A DNA stretch of 64,000 nucleotides, from the NCBI RefSeq assembly GCF_046119375.1, contig NW_027362769.1, positions 392,770,001 to 392,834,000 of the forward strand, in the 5' to 3' direction. Position numbers and translations under genes: made by a program. How positions within the stretch are numbered: position 1 is the first letter of the stretch; each line of letters starts with the position of its first letter. The notes under the pieces were generated by a model. That model made no database searches. It saw nothing but the letters and a program-made list of their open reading frames with translations, and had not been told where the DNA came from. This document shows positions 15,861 through 27,628 of the stretch, in pieces. Origin of the DNA: Phyllobates terribilis (Eukaryota).

Positions 15861-17530
15861 GTGTATCTAATCCTATCCTGTGTGATACTGTCTGCTGAGC
15901 CGTGTATCTAATCCTCTCCTGTGTGATACTGTCTGCTGAGCCGTGTATCTAATCCTCTCCTGTGTGATACTGTCTGCTGAGCCGTGTATCTAATCCTATC
16001 CTGTGTGATACTGTCTGCTGAGCCGTGTATCTAATCCTCTCCTGTGTGATACCGTCTGCTGAGCCGTGTATCTAATCCTCTCCTGTGTGATACTGTCTGC
16101 TGAGCCGTGTATCTAATCCTCTCCTGTGTGATACTGTCTGCTGAGTCGTGTATCTAATCCTATCCTGTGTGATACTGTCTGCTGAGCTGTGTATCTAATC
16201 CTATCCTGTGTGATACTGTCTGCTGAGCTGTGTATCTAATCCTATCCTGTGTGATACCGTCTGCTGAGCCGTGTATCTAATCCTATCCTGTGTGATACTG
16301 TCTGCTGAGCCGTGTATCTAATCCTCTCCTGTGTGATACTGTCTGCTGAGCCGTGTATCTAATCCTATCCTGTGTGATACTGTCTGCTGAGCCGTGTATC
16401 TAATCCTCTCCTGTGTGATACTGTCTGCTGAGCGGTGTATCTAATCCTATCCTGTGTGATACTGTCTGCTGAGCCATGTATCTAATCCTCTCCTGTGTGA
16501 TACCGTCTGCTGAGCCGTGTATCTAATCCTCTCCTGTGTGATACCGTCTGCTGAGCCGTGTATCTAATCCTCTCCTGTGTGATACTGTCTGCTGAGCCGT
16601 GTATCTAATCCTCTCCTGTGTGATACTGTCTGCTGAGCCGTGTATCTAATCCTCTCCTGTGTGATACTGTCTGCTGAGCCGTGTATCTAATCCTCTCCTG
16701 TGTGATACTGTCTGCTGAGCCATGTATCTAATCCTCTCCTGTGTGATACCGTCTGCTGAGCCGTGTATCTAATCCCCTCCTGTGTGATACTGTCTGCTGA
16801 GCCGTGTATCTAATCCTCTCCTGTGTGATACTGTCTGCTGAGCTGTGTATCTAATCCTCTCCTGTGTGATACTGTCTGCTGAGCCGTGTATCTAATCCTA
16901 TCCTGTGTGATACTGTCTGCTGAGCCGTGTATCTAATCCTATCCTGTGTGATACTGTCTGCTGAGCCGTGTATCTAATCCTCTCCTGTGTGATACCGTCT
17001 GCTGAGCCGTGTATCTAATCCTCTCCTGTGTGATACCGTCTGCTGAGCCGTGTATCTAATCCTATCCTGTGTGATACCGTCTGCTGAGCCGTGTATCTAA
17101 TCCTGTCCTGTGTGATACTGTCTGCTGAGTCGTGTATCTAATCTTCTCCTGTGTGATACCGTCTGCTGAGCCGTGTATCTAATCCTGTCCTGTGTGATAC
17201 TGTCTGCTGAGCTGTGTATCTAATCTTCTCCTGTGTGATACTGTCTGCTGAGCTGTGTATCTAATCCTCTCCTGTGTGATCCTGTCTGCTGAGCCGTGTA
17301 TCTAATCCTATCCTGTGTGATACTGACTGCTGAGCCGTGTATCTAATCCTGTCCTGTGTGATACTGTCTGCTGAGCCGTGTATCTAATCCTATCCTGTGT
17401 GATACTGTCTGCTGAGCTGTGTATCTAATCTTCTCCTGTGTGATACTGTCTGCTGAGCTGTGTATCTAATCCTATCCTGTGTGATACCGTCTGCTGAGCC
17501 GTGTATCTAATCCTATTCTGTGTGATACCG
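15861..17530. repeat. 41-bp minisatellite (~41 copies)
   Basis: Unit GTGTATCTAATCCT(A/C)TCCTGTGTGATAC(T/C)GTCTGCTGAGCC; starts at 15861, 15902, 15943 give period 41. Confidence 0.97.
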
Positions 17531-17539
17531 CCTCATTAA

Positions 17540-17932
17540 CCCCTCAGTACTACAACTCCCATCATCTCATCTTTCTGTACATTGTGAGAAGTTTATATAT
17601 ATATATAATACTTATGTAACTAACAAATAAAATAAAGAAATAAACGTCTATACCCTTAACAAAGATGGCGGATCTCAGACTTCCACTTTTTCCGGAAATG
17701 CCTCTCCTGTGTCGCCATTTTAGAACTCTATGATTTTTCTTATTTTTGACACGTTGCACGTCAGGTCACGTCACCAGGCCGGAGCATTCTGGGAAATGTA
17801 GTGTTCTCGGGTGATGTCATCTTTGGATTTACCTGATCCTTCCTTCGTACGCGGACTACAAGTCCCGGCTGCACGTTGTTTCTCTGGTAGTGAGTGAAGC
17901 CGGCTCTGTACAGCTGGGCCGGAGAAGTGAAC
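17540..17932 (+). promoter_or_regulatory. Promoter/5' region of the EHD-like gene
   Basis: ACTACAACTCCC (~17549), TGGGAAATGTAGT (~17790) and GACTACAAGTCCCG (~17854) ZNF143/THAP11-type motifs, an ETS-like TTCCGGAA (~17690) and a CpG-rich stretch before the ATG at 17933. Confidence 0.55.
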
Positions 17933-18529
17933 ATGTCGGGGAAAGTGAAGGTTCGGGCGGCCGCTAATGCGGAGGCGATGGCCGGGGCCGTGTCTGTGAA
18001 TGAGCGGATCCTGAGAGACTGCCACGACTTGTACACGGACACGGAGAACGGTGAGGACCGGCGGGTGTGGAGTGCAGTGTGTGTGCCCCCCTCTCATGTG
18101 TCCCCCTGCAGTGTGCGCGCGCCCCCTCCTCCTGTGCCCCCCTGTGGTTGTGTGTGTGCGCGCCCCCTCCTCCTGTACCCCCCTGTGGTTGTGTGTGCGC
18201 GCCCCCTCCTCCTGTACCCCCCCTGTGGTTGTGTGTGCGCGCCCCCTCCTCCTGTACCCCCCCTGTGGTTGTGGTTGTGTGTGCGCGCCCCCTCCTCCTG
18301 TACCCCCCTGTGGTGTGTGTGTGTGTGTGCACGCCCCCCCTCCTCCTGTGGCCCCCCTGTGGTTGTGTGTGTGTGCACGCCCCCCCTCCTCCTGTGCCCC
18401 CCCTGTGGTTGTGTGTGTGTGTGTGCACGCCCCCCCTCCTCCTGTGCCCCCCCTCCTCCTGTGCCCCCCTCACATGTGTCCCCCTGCAGTGTGCGCGCGC
18501 CCCCTCCTCCTGTGCCCCCCTGTGGGGAG

Positions 18530-18566
<37 letters not shown>

Positions 18567-19990
18567 CGCCCCCCTCCTCCTGTACCCCCCTGTGGGGTGT
18601 GTGTGTGTGTGTGTGCGCGCGCGCGCCCCCCCCCTCCTCCTGTGCCCCCCTGTGGTTGTGTGTGTGCGCGCCCCCTCCTCGTGTACCCCCCTGTGGTTGT
18701 GTGTGTGCGCGCCCCCTCCTCCTGTACCCCCCTGTGGTTGTGTGTGTGTGCGCGCCCCCTCCTCCTGTACCCCCCTGTGGTTGTGTGTGTGTGCGCGCCC
18801 CCTCCTCCTGTACCCCCCTGTGGTTGTGTGTGCGCGCGCCCCCCCTCCTCCTGTGCCCCCCCTGTGATGTGTGTGTGCGCATGCCCCCCCTCCTCCTGTG
18901 CCCCCCCTGTGGTGTGTGTGTGTGTGTGCGCATGCCCCCCCTCCTCCTGTGCCCCCCCTGTGGTGTGTGTGTGTGTGCGCATGCCCCCCCTCCTCCTGTG
19001 CCCCCCTGTGGTTGTGTGTGCGCGCCCCCTCCTCCTGTACCCCCCTGTGGTTGTGTGTGCGCGCCCCCTCCTCCTGTACCCCCCTGTGGTTGTGTGTGTA
19101 CGCCCCCCCTCTCCTCCTGTGCCCCCCCCTGTGGTGTGTGTGTATGTGCACGCCCCCCGTCCTCCTGTGCCCCCCCTGTGGTGTGTGTGTGTGTGTGCAC
19201 GCCCCCCCTCCTCCTGTGCCCCCCCTGTGGTGTGTGTGTGTGTGTGTGCACGCCCCCCCTCCTCCTGTGCCCCCCCTGTGGTGTGTGTGTGTGTGCACGC
19301 CCCCCTCCTCCTGTGCCCCCCCTGTGGTGTGTGTGTGTGTGTGTGTGTGCACGCCCCCCCTCCTCCTGTGCCCCCCCTGTGGTGTGTGTGTGTGTGTGTG
19401 CACGCCCCCCCTCCTCCTGTGCCCCCCCCTGTGGTTGTGTGTGTGTGTGCACGCCCCCCCCTCCTCCTGTGCCCCCCCTGTGGTTGTGTGTGTGTGTGCA
19501 CGCCCCCCCTCCTCCTGTGCCCCCCCTGTGGTTGTGTGTGTGTGTGCGCGCCCCCTCCTCCTGTGCCCCCGTGTGGTTGTGTGTGTGCGCCCCCTCCTCC
19601 TGTGCCCCCCTGTGGTTGTGTGTGTGTGTGCGCCCCCTCCTCCTGTGCCCCCCTGTGGTGTGTGCGCGCCCCCTTCTCCTGTGCCCCCCTGTGGTGTGTG
19701 TGTGTGTGCGCGCGCCCCCTCCTCCTGTGCCCCCCTGTGGTTGTGTGTGTGTGTGCGCCCCCTCCTCCTGTGCCCCCCTGTGGTTGTGTGTGTGTGTGCG
19801 CCCCCTCCTCCTGTGCCCCCCTGTGGTTGTGTGTGTGTGCGCCCCCTCCTCCTGTGCCCCCCTGTGGTTGTGTGTGTGTGCGCCCCCTCCTCCTGTGCCC
19901 CCCTGTGGTTGTGTGTGTGTGCGCCCCCTCCTCCTGTGCCCCCCTGTGGTTGTGTGTGTGTGCGCCCCCTCCTCCTGTGCCCCCCTGTGG

Positions 19991-20028
<38 letters not shown>

Positions 20029-20524
20029 TCCCTCCTCCTGTGCCCCCCTGTGGTTGTGTGTGTGTGTGCGCGCCCCCTCCTCCTGTGCCCCCCTGTGGTT
20101 GTGTGTGTGTGTGCGCCCCCTCCTCCTGTGCCCCCCTGTGGTTGTGTGTGTGTGTGTGTGCGCCCCCTCCTCCTGTGCCCCCCTGTGGTTGTGTGTTTGT
20201 GTGCGCCCCCTCCTCCTGTGCCCCCCTGTGGTTGTGTGTGTGTGTGTGCGCCCCCTCCTCCTGTGCCCCCCTGTGGTTGTGTGTTTGTGTGCGCCCCCTG
20301 TGGTTGTGTGTTTGTGTGCGCCCCCTCCTCCTGTGCCCCCCCTGTGGTTGTGTGTGTGTGCGCCCCCTCCTCCTGTGCCCCCCTGTGGTTGTGTGTGTGC
20401 GTGTGTGTCCCCGCCCCCTCCTCCTGTGCCCCCCTGTGGTTGTGTTTGTGTGTGCCCCACCTCTCCCTCCTCCTGTGCGCCCCTGTGGTGTGTGTGTGCG
20501 CCCCCTTCTCCTGTGCCCCCCTGT

Positions 20525-20565
<41 letters not shown>

Positions 20566-23500
20566 TCCCTCCTCCTGTGCCCCCCTGTGGTTGTGTGTGT
20601 GTGTGCGCGCCCCCTCCTCCTGTGCCCCCCTGTGGTTGTGTGTGTGTGTGCGCCCCCTCCTCCTGTGCCCCCCTGTGGTTGTGTGTGTGTGTGTGCGCCC
20701 CCTCCTCCTGTGCCCCCCTGTGGTTGTGTGTTTGTGTGCGCCCCCTCCTCCTGTGCCCCCCTGTGGTTGTGTGTGTGTGTGCGCCCCCTCCTCCTGTGCC
20801 CCCCTGTGGTTGTGTGTGTGTGTGCGCCCCCTCCTCCTGTGCCCCCCTGTGGTTGTGTGTTTGTGTGCGCCCCCTGTGGTTGTGTGTTTGTGTGCGCCCC
20901 CTCCTCCTGTGCCCCCCCTGTGGTTGTGTGTGTGTGCGCCCCCTCCTCCTGTGCCCCCCTGTGGTTGTGTGTGTGCGTGTGTGTCCCCGCCCCCTCCTCC
21001 TGTGCCCCCCTGTGGTGTGTGTGTGTGTGTGTCCCCGCCCCCTCCTCCTGTGCCCCCCTGTGGTGTGTGTGTGTGTGTGTGTGTGTGCGCCCCCTCCTCC
21101 TGTGCCCCCCCTGTGGTTGTGTGTGTGTGCGCCCCCTCCTCCTGTGCCCCCCTGTGGTGTGTGTGTGTGTGTCCCCGCCCCCTCCTCCTGTGCCCCCCTG
21201 TGGTGTGTGTGTGTCCCCGCCCCCTCCTCCTGTGCCCCCCTGTGGTTGTGTGTTTGTGTGTGCTCCACCTCTCCCTCCTGTGCCCCCCTGCAGTGTGTGT
21301 GTGTGTGTGTGCCCGCTCCTTTGTCCCCCTATTTTATTATTGTGGTAAGTCCCACCCCCCATCACTACTAGGAGCCCCTGGCAGCTGGTGTGTAGCACTG
21401 TGGCCCCTCCTGGCTGTGTCCTGGGCCCTGGTATATTCTCCCTCCTGTGTATATACGTCTCACCCCTCCGCTCTCCTCTCCGCAGGTCTCATCGCTCTCG
21501 CCTCTCACCTCGGACTCACGTTCCTCCCTCCGAGGAAGAAGATCACCGTGATGCTGATGGGGAATCACTCGGCCGGGAAGAGCAGCTTCATCAACTGGTG
21601 AGGCCGGGGGAAGGGTGGTGGTGGGTGATGAGGCTGTGGGGGGGTACCGGTGACTTGCACAGGGAGCATAATGATCCTCAAGTATCATCAGATAGAGACC
21701 CCTGACATTACTCTCCCCTCCCCCGCCTGCTCTCACCTGTTCACGTGCGTTTTCCGCCCCTGATTGACCCCGGCAGGTTATTGGGCCCCGGCCCTCATGG
21801 TGTCTCCGTCCTCCGCAGGTACATAGAGGAGCACATACAGCGGACCGGCGTCGCTATAGAAACACAAGGATTCGCCTTCATAACGAGCGGCCGCAAGAGG
21901 GAGTCCCTGACGGTGAGCGGAGGGCGGTCAGGAGACGGATGTTCCCCACGATGGAGATTAGATTGTCAGCTCCGGGGTGGCTCTTGCCTGACCTCACTTC
22001 TCTCTCTAATCTCTCCTGCAGGGCGATGCCACCCTCCACCTGTACCCGCACTTCAAGCCCCTGCAGTCCTTCCAAGGTAAGGAGCCCTCACCCCGCTGTG
22101 AGGTGGGCGCCCCCCCCGACCTGTGCCCCTGAAATGCGTTCCTCGCTGACCCCCGCTTCCCGGCCACCCCTGACGCGCGCTCTCACCCCCTGCAGGAGTG
22201 TCTGAATACCTGTGCACGGAGATCTCCACCTCACGGCAGAAGAAGTTCAGCCTGGTGACGTTCGTGGACACCCCGGGGCTGGTGGACGGGGACATGAAGT
22301 ACCCCTTTGATGTGAACAGAGCCCTCTTGTGGCTGGGTGAGTGTACTGCTGATAACTGTGCCAGGTTGTCTTCCTTTAATCTGGAACGATAACACTAAAT
22401 ATTCTGGATTATCAGACGACCATCGCACACCTTTCTGGAGAGGGGCCTGAGGACAATTTTTGGTTGTTCTTCACATTATTATTATTTATTATAGCGCCAT
22501 TTATTCCATGGCGCTTTACATGTGATCGGGGTATACATAACAAAGCATTTACATAATCTTTACAAAACGTGATGTCGACTGGTACAGGAGGAGCGAGGAC
22601 CCTGCCCGCGAGGGCTCAGTCTACAAGGGATGGGTGAGGATACAGTAGGTGAGGGTAGAGCTGGTCGTGCAGCGGTATGGTGGAGCGAGGACCCTGCCTG
22701 CGAGGGCTCACAGTCTACAAGGGATGGGTGAGGATACAGTAGGTGAGGGTAGAGCTGGTCGTGCAGCGGTATGGTGGAGCGAGGACCCTGCCTGCGAGGG
22801 CTCACAGTCTACAAGGGATGGGTGAGGATACAGTAGGTGAGGGTAGAGCTGGTCATGCAGTGGTATGGTGGAGCGAGGACCCTGCCCGCGAGGGCTCACA
22901 GTCTACAAGGGATGGGTGAGGATACAGTAGGTGAGGGTAGAGCTGGTCGTGCAGTGGTATGGAGGAGCGAGGACCCTGCTCGCGAGGGCTCACAATCTAC
23001 AAGGGATGGGTGAGGATACAGTAGGTGAGGGTAGAGCTGGTCGTGCAGTGGTATGGAGGAGCGAGGACCCTGCTCGCGAGGGCTCACAATCTACAAGGGA
23101 TGGGTGAGGATACAGTAGGTGAGGGTAGAGCTGGTCGTGCAGCGGTATGGTGGAGCGAGGACCCTGCCCGCGAGGGCTCACAGTCTACAAGGGATGGGTG
23201 AGGATACAGTAGGTGAGGGTAGAGCTGGTCGTGCAGCGGTATGGTGGAGCAAGGACCCTGCCCGCGAGGGCTCACAATCTACAAGGGATGGGTGAGGATA
23301 CAGTAGGTGAGGGTAGAGCTGGTCGTGCAGTGGTATGGTGGAGCGAGGACCCTGCCCGCGAGGGCTCACAGTCTACAAGGGATGGGTGAGGATACAGTAG
23401 GTGAGGGTAGAGCTGGTCGTGCAGTGGTATGGTGGAGCGAGGACCCTGCCCGCGAGGGCTCACAGTCTACAAGGGATGGGTGAGGATACAGTAGGTGAGG

Positions 23501-26500
23501 GTAGGGCTGGTCGTGCAGCGGTATGGTGGAGCGAGGACACTGCCCGCGAGGGCTCACAGTCTACAGGGGATGGGTGAGGATACAGTAGGTGAGGGTAGGG
23601 CTGGTCGTGCAGCGGTATGGTGGAGCGAGGACACTGCTCGCGAGGGCTCACAGTCTACAAGGGATGGGTGAGGATACAGTAGGTGAGGGTAGGGCTGGTC
23701 GTGCAGAGGTATGGTGGAGCGAGGACCCTGCCCGCGAGGGCTCACAGTCTACAAGGGATGGGTGATGATACAGTGGGTGAGGGTAGAGCTGGTCGTGCAG
23801 CGGTATGGTGGAGCTTTGGTTACTGCAGGTTGTAGGCTTGTCGGAAGAGGTGGGTCTTCAGGCTCCTTTTGAAGGTTTCCACGGTAGGTGAGAGTGTGAT
23901 GTGTTGGGGTAGAGAGTTCCAGAGTAGGGGGGAAGCACGGGAGAAATCTTGTATGCGATTGTGGGAGGAGGAGATAAGAGGGGAGTAGAGAAGGAGATCT
24001 TGTGAGGATCGGAGGTTGCGTGCAGGTATGTAGCGGGAGACTAGGTCGGAGATATATGGAGGAGACAGGTTGTGGATGGCTTTGTATGCCATGGTTAGGG
24101 TTTTGAACTGGAGTCTCTGGGTAATGGGGAGCAAGTGAAGGGATTGACCGAGAGTAGAGGCCGGGGAATAGCGGGGGGACAGGTGGATTAGTCGGGCAGC
24201 AGAGTTTAGGATAGATTGGAGGGGTGCGAGAGTGTTAGAGGGGAGGCCACAGAGCAGGAGGTTGCAGTAGTCGAGGCGGGAGATGATGAGGGCATGCACT
24301 AGTGTTTTTGCAGATTCATGGCTGAGGAATGTGCGGATCTGGGAGATATTTCTGAGTTGGAGTCGGCAGGTGGTGGAAAGGGCTTGGATATGTGGTGTGA
24401 AGTAGAGATCAGAGTCCAGGGTTACCCCAAGGCAGCGAGCTTGAGGGACTGGGGAGAGTGGGCAGCCATTGACTTTGATGGATAGGTCAGATGGGGGGAT
24501 GAATAAGATGGTGGAAAGAGGATGAACTCTGTTATCCATGTTAAGTTTTAGAAATCTGGCAGAGAAGAAGGATGAGATAGCGGACAGACATTGTGGGATT
24601 TTGGTTAGTAAGGAGGAGATATCGGGTCCAGAGAGGTAGATCTGTGTGTCATCAGCACATGATGCCCCCTCCCCCACACTCTGCACTCCTCATGTGTAGA
24701 CTTGTCGAGCCGGTTACGGGGTGGAGCGGACTGGATCGCTGCATTTTAATCCAGTGTCCAATGGTTTAGAAATTCTGCTAATTCGGTTTGGTAACAGAAG
24801 TGAGGGACTGACATGGGGACCCTCCTTTTTTGCCAAGGACGAGGGGTCCCAACTGGCCATTTAGAGAGAGCAGAATCTGTTTAACGGACAGTCATGGAGG
24901 ATCGGGGGTCTCTCATTTATATTAGGAAAAATTTCTTTCATCTGATAATCCAGAAAGTCCAGTAATCCAGCCCATGTCTAATTTACGGGCCGGGGTCGCT
25001 GCGGCGGGGCGGTGTCTGACGTACGGGCCGGGGTCGCTGCGGCGGGGCGGTGTCTGACGTACGGGCCGGGGTCGCTGCGGCGGGGCGGTGTCTGACGTGC
25101 GGGGCTGTGTCTGACGTACGGGCTGGGCGGTGTCTGACCTCGGCCGTCTCTCTCAGGGGAGCTCTGCGACCTGGTGCTGGTCTTCTTCGACCCGATGGGG
25201 CAGGCGCTGTGTAAGCGGACCCTGGACATCGTGGAGAGGATCAACGAGAGCCACGGAGACAAACTGCGCTTCTACCTGAGCAAAGCGGACGAGGCCGGAG
25301 GAGAGAGCGACCGGCAGGTGAGCGTCCACCATACTCTAGTCTCCTCCAAAGCTGCGGCGGCTGTTTGTAGCTTTCTGAACACTACATTTCACACAACATT
25401 CTGAATTCCGATTACAGCTCTGGATGTGACCTGTGCTTTTCCTTTCAGAGAGTCCTGATGCAGATCGTCCAGGAGTTGTGCAAGCGGCCGGGGCTGAACA
25501 AATGCGGCTTCGACATGCCGACCATCTACATCCCCAACCCCAATAAGGTGAGACCCCCCTCCCCCCCAGGACTGACGGCACTACTGCCCCCTGGTGTCTG
25601 CTCGCTGACCATTATACTTTCTCCTTCCAGCCGAGTCGCTGCGTCAATCAGATCGAGGACGTGTGTAAGACCATTGAGAAGACCATCACCCAGACCGTGC
25701 AGACCACCCTCAACGCTCTCGGGAGAGACTGCCAGAAACTGAGCGAGGGCATCGAGAGCAAACTGCGGGAGGATGAGTGAGCGCTGGTGGCAGTGGGGGG
25801 GGTCTCCATTAGTCCGGAGCGTGTGTGTGATCGTCTCCTCTCCCATCAGTGACACCGTGTGGAGTAACAGACGGGCTCGGGCGCGCGGCTGCCTCTTTGG
25901 GCTGACGGGCTTCCTGCTCCCGCTCTTCCTCTTCGCCTCCATCTTGTTCGGTGTCCTCCCCCGCCAGCTGTGGCTGAGTCTTCTGGGGCTGTCTGGAGTG
26001 GAGACCCTGGAGCTCTACTTGGTGAGGATGAGGGGAGTAGTCCTTACAATGGGGACATCCGTCGCATTATTAAGACTTACCGCTGATGTTTCTTCCGGCT
26101 GCAGTCTCCGCTGCACACGCTGTGGTCCATGGTCCCGGAGGACTATGTGCTCTACACCTTCCTGGCGCTGCTCCTCCTCACCCTGCTCTTCCTCATCCTG
26201 GCACAGAGATGTTTCAGGTACACGGGCACTCGCCCGCCAATACGCCCGCATCGGTTACATCCGGTGAGCGCCCATCATTGTCTGACTGCACTCTTCTGTT
26301 TCCTTCCCAGAACACGGGAGACTCTGAGCAAGAAACAACGTCGCTACTTGCTGGACCGCCGCGCCTACGTCACCGAGGTGGTGGACCACAAGAGGGTAAG
26401 AGCGCCCACTACTGGCGCCCGTCTGCAGAGCTGCCCGTCGGATGCTTCTCACTATTATCTCTGTCCCATCAGAAGCGGCTGTACGAGGATTACCTGAAGC

Positions 26501-26529
26501 AGAGCGTGGGCGAACACGACATGAGCTGA
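17933..26529 (+). CDS. Uncharacterised EHD/dynamin-like P-loop NTPase with two C-terminal transmembrane segments (12 coding exons, 450 aa)
   Basis: Exons 17933-18050, 21486-21597, 21819-21912, 22022-22076, 22196-22336, 25157-25317, 25449-25547, 25631-25776, 25850-26021, 26105-26217, 26311-26395, 26473-26529. All introns are GT-AG and phases are consistent; total 1353 nt. Motifs: G1 GNHSAGKS, G3 DTPG, G4-like SKAD (EHD has NKAD), helical stalk, hydrophobic GCLFGLTGFLLPLFLFASILFGVL and VLYTFLALLLLTLLFLILA, then a basic tail. AATAAA at ~27153. Confidence 0.9.
18075..21310. repeat. Compound (GT)n / CCCCTCCTCCTGTGCCCCCCTGTGG minisatellite filling intron 1
   Basis: Variable-length units made of a GT microsatellite plus a C-rich core. 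The plus strand is almost A-free, so it is stop-free and yields the Cys/Val/Pro and His/Thr/Gly ORFs. Confidence 0.95.
22476..24660 (-). mobile_element. 5'-truncated L2-clade LINE (RT C-terminus plus 3' UTR) in intron 5
   Basis: ORF 23820-24686 reads ADDTQIYLS...LGVTLDSDL...LIISRLDYCN...LKTHLFRQAY, typical of L2 ORF2 ends. The 3' tail has a perfect 8-bp stem AGCGCCAT/ATGGCGCT (22493-22515) with a GGAATAA loop on the minus strand, followed by TAA-type repeats. Confidence 0.9.
22595..23815. repeat. 94-bp tandem array (~13 copies) inside the L2 3' UTR
   Basis: Identical 63-aa ORFs recur every 94 nt (22896, 22990, 23084 ...). Unit begins GAGCGAGGACCCTGCCCGCGAGGGCTCACAGTCTACAAGGGATGGG. Confidence 0.95.
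24984..25140. repeat. 38-bp GC-rich tandem repeat (~3-4 copies) just upstream of exon 6
   Basis: TACGGGCCGGGGTCGCTGCGGCGGGGCGGTGTCTGACG at 24984, 25022 and 25060, then degenerate partial copies. Confidence 0.85.
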
Positions 26530-26792
26530 GGGTTCCCCCCACACTACGCGGTGCCATCCTGTCCACCCGGCCCTCGCCCGAGGAGAGCGACCATCTGCCG
26601 CAGAGATTACAGTATTGTCCGCGGGGCGTCATCACCAGCAATAACTCCGGAGCGCCGCTCCTTCCCTCCCTCCAATTATGCAACAACAGACTGAGATTGA
26701 ATTTTTTTTTAATAACTCCCCAAATCATGGCGTCCCATAGGGACGAGACTCTGCCAAACTGTGCCAAGCAATGACGTCCAGATGTAGCAGAG

Positions 26793-26897
26793 CTGTGCTG
26801 TTACATAGGACTGCAGGTCACATCTACGTTATCTGTGCTGTTACATAGGACTGCAGGTCACATCTACGTTATCTGTGCTGTTACATAGGACTGCAGG
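26793..26897. repeat. 40-bp tandem repeat (~2.6 copies) in the 3' UTR
   Basis: CTGTGCTGTTACATAGGACTGCAGGTCACATCTACGTTAT at 26793, 26833 and 26873. Confidence 0.85.
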
Positions 26898-27628
26898 TAA
26901 CGCCTCCTCCTTCATCTCTTCCCTGTGCGCTGTAGTGATACATTCGGCTCTGCTATATCTGGGCACAGTACACTCCTGTGTAGACTTAGTCCCTTTTGCC
27001 GGCGCCATTTTTTTTGCATCTATCCTGTGCCAGGGATTCTTGACACTGCCAGTATTTCCCAGAAGGGGGCGCAGTATATCCCCTCCATCTCCCATGCTGT
27101 GAAATCTCATCCGCGTTCTTCCATTACTTTTTTTTTTTTTTTTGTACAAGAAAATAAATTATTTCCTAATAGATTTTTGCATCGGTTCTCAGGATCGGCG
27201 CTTGCTGTCAGTGAATGAACAGGCGGCAAATCAATCACACAGAAACACGACTTCTGCATCGCACCTTTTTATTTCAGCTCCTGCAGCCACAATGGGGTTA
27301 ATGAAGCTATGCTCATAATACACTGCAGCAGGCACAGCAATGTTCTGCGTCTTCTCTGCAGCGCTGCTACCAGATGTGATGGGCTGCAGTGCCTCTCTGC
27401 TGACGTGTGCTCCTCTGGTCGAGGCGGTGTGCCGGAGCGATGCTCTGCAGCTGCGTCCAGCGTCTGCTCCGTGTCTTCCTGGTGAGCGGCGGAGACTTCT
27501 GTCCACGGTCCCCGACTCTCCAAGTTCTCTGTGTCTGTCACGTGCCATCGGTTCCTGCGCCCTTGTGCCGTCCGAAGAGGAAACCTGCAGAGATATCACA
27601 GATCTACAATCAGCGGGGGGCAGTATTA

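Noticed and set aside
17964-21398. His/Thr/Gly-rich minus-strand ORFs (788-1144 aa)
   Set aside because: Antisense translations of the (GT)n compound repeat in intron 1.
23820-24686. 288-aa ORF as a host gene
   Set aside because: It is the RT C-terminus of a 5'-truncated L2; the start codon comes from flanking DNA.
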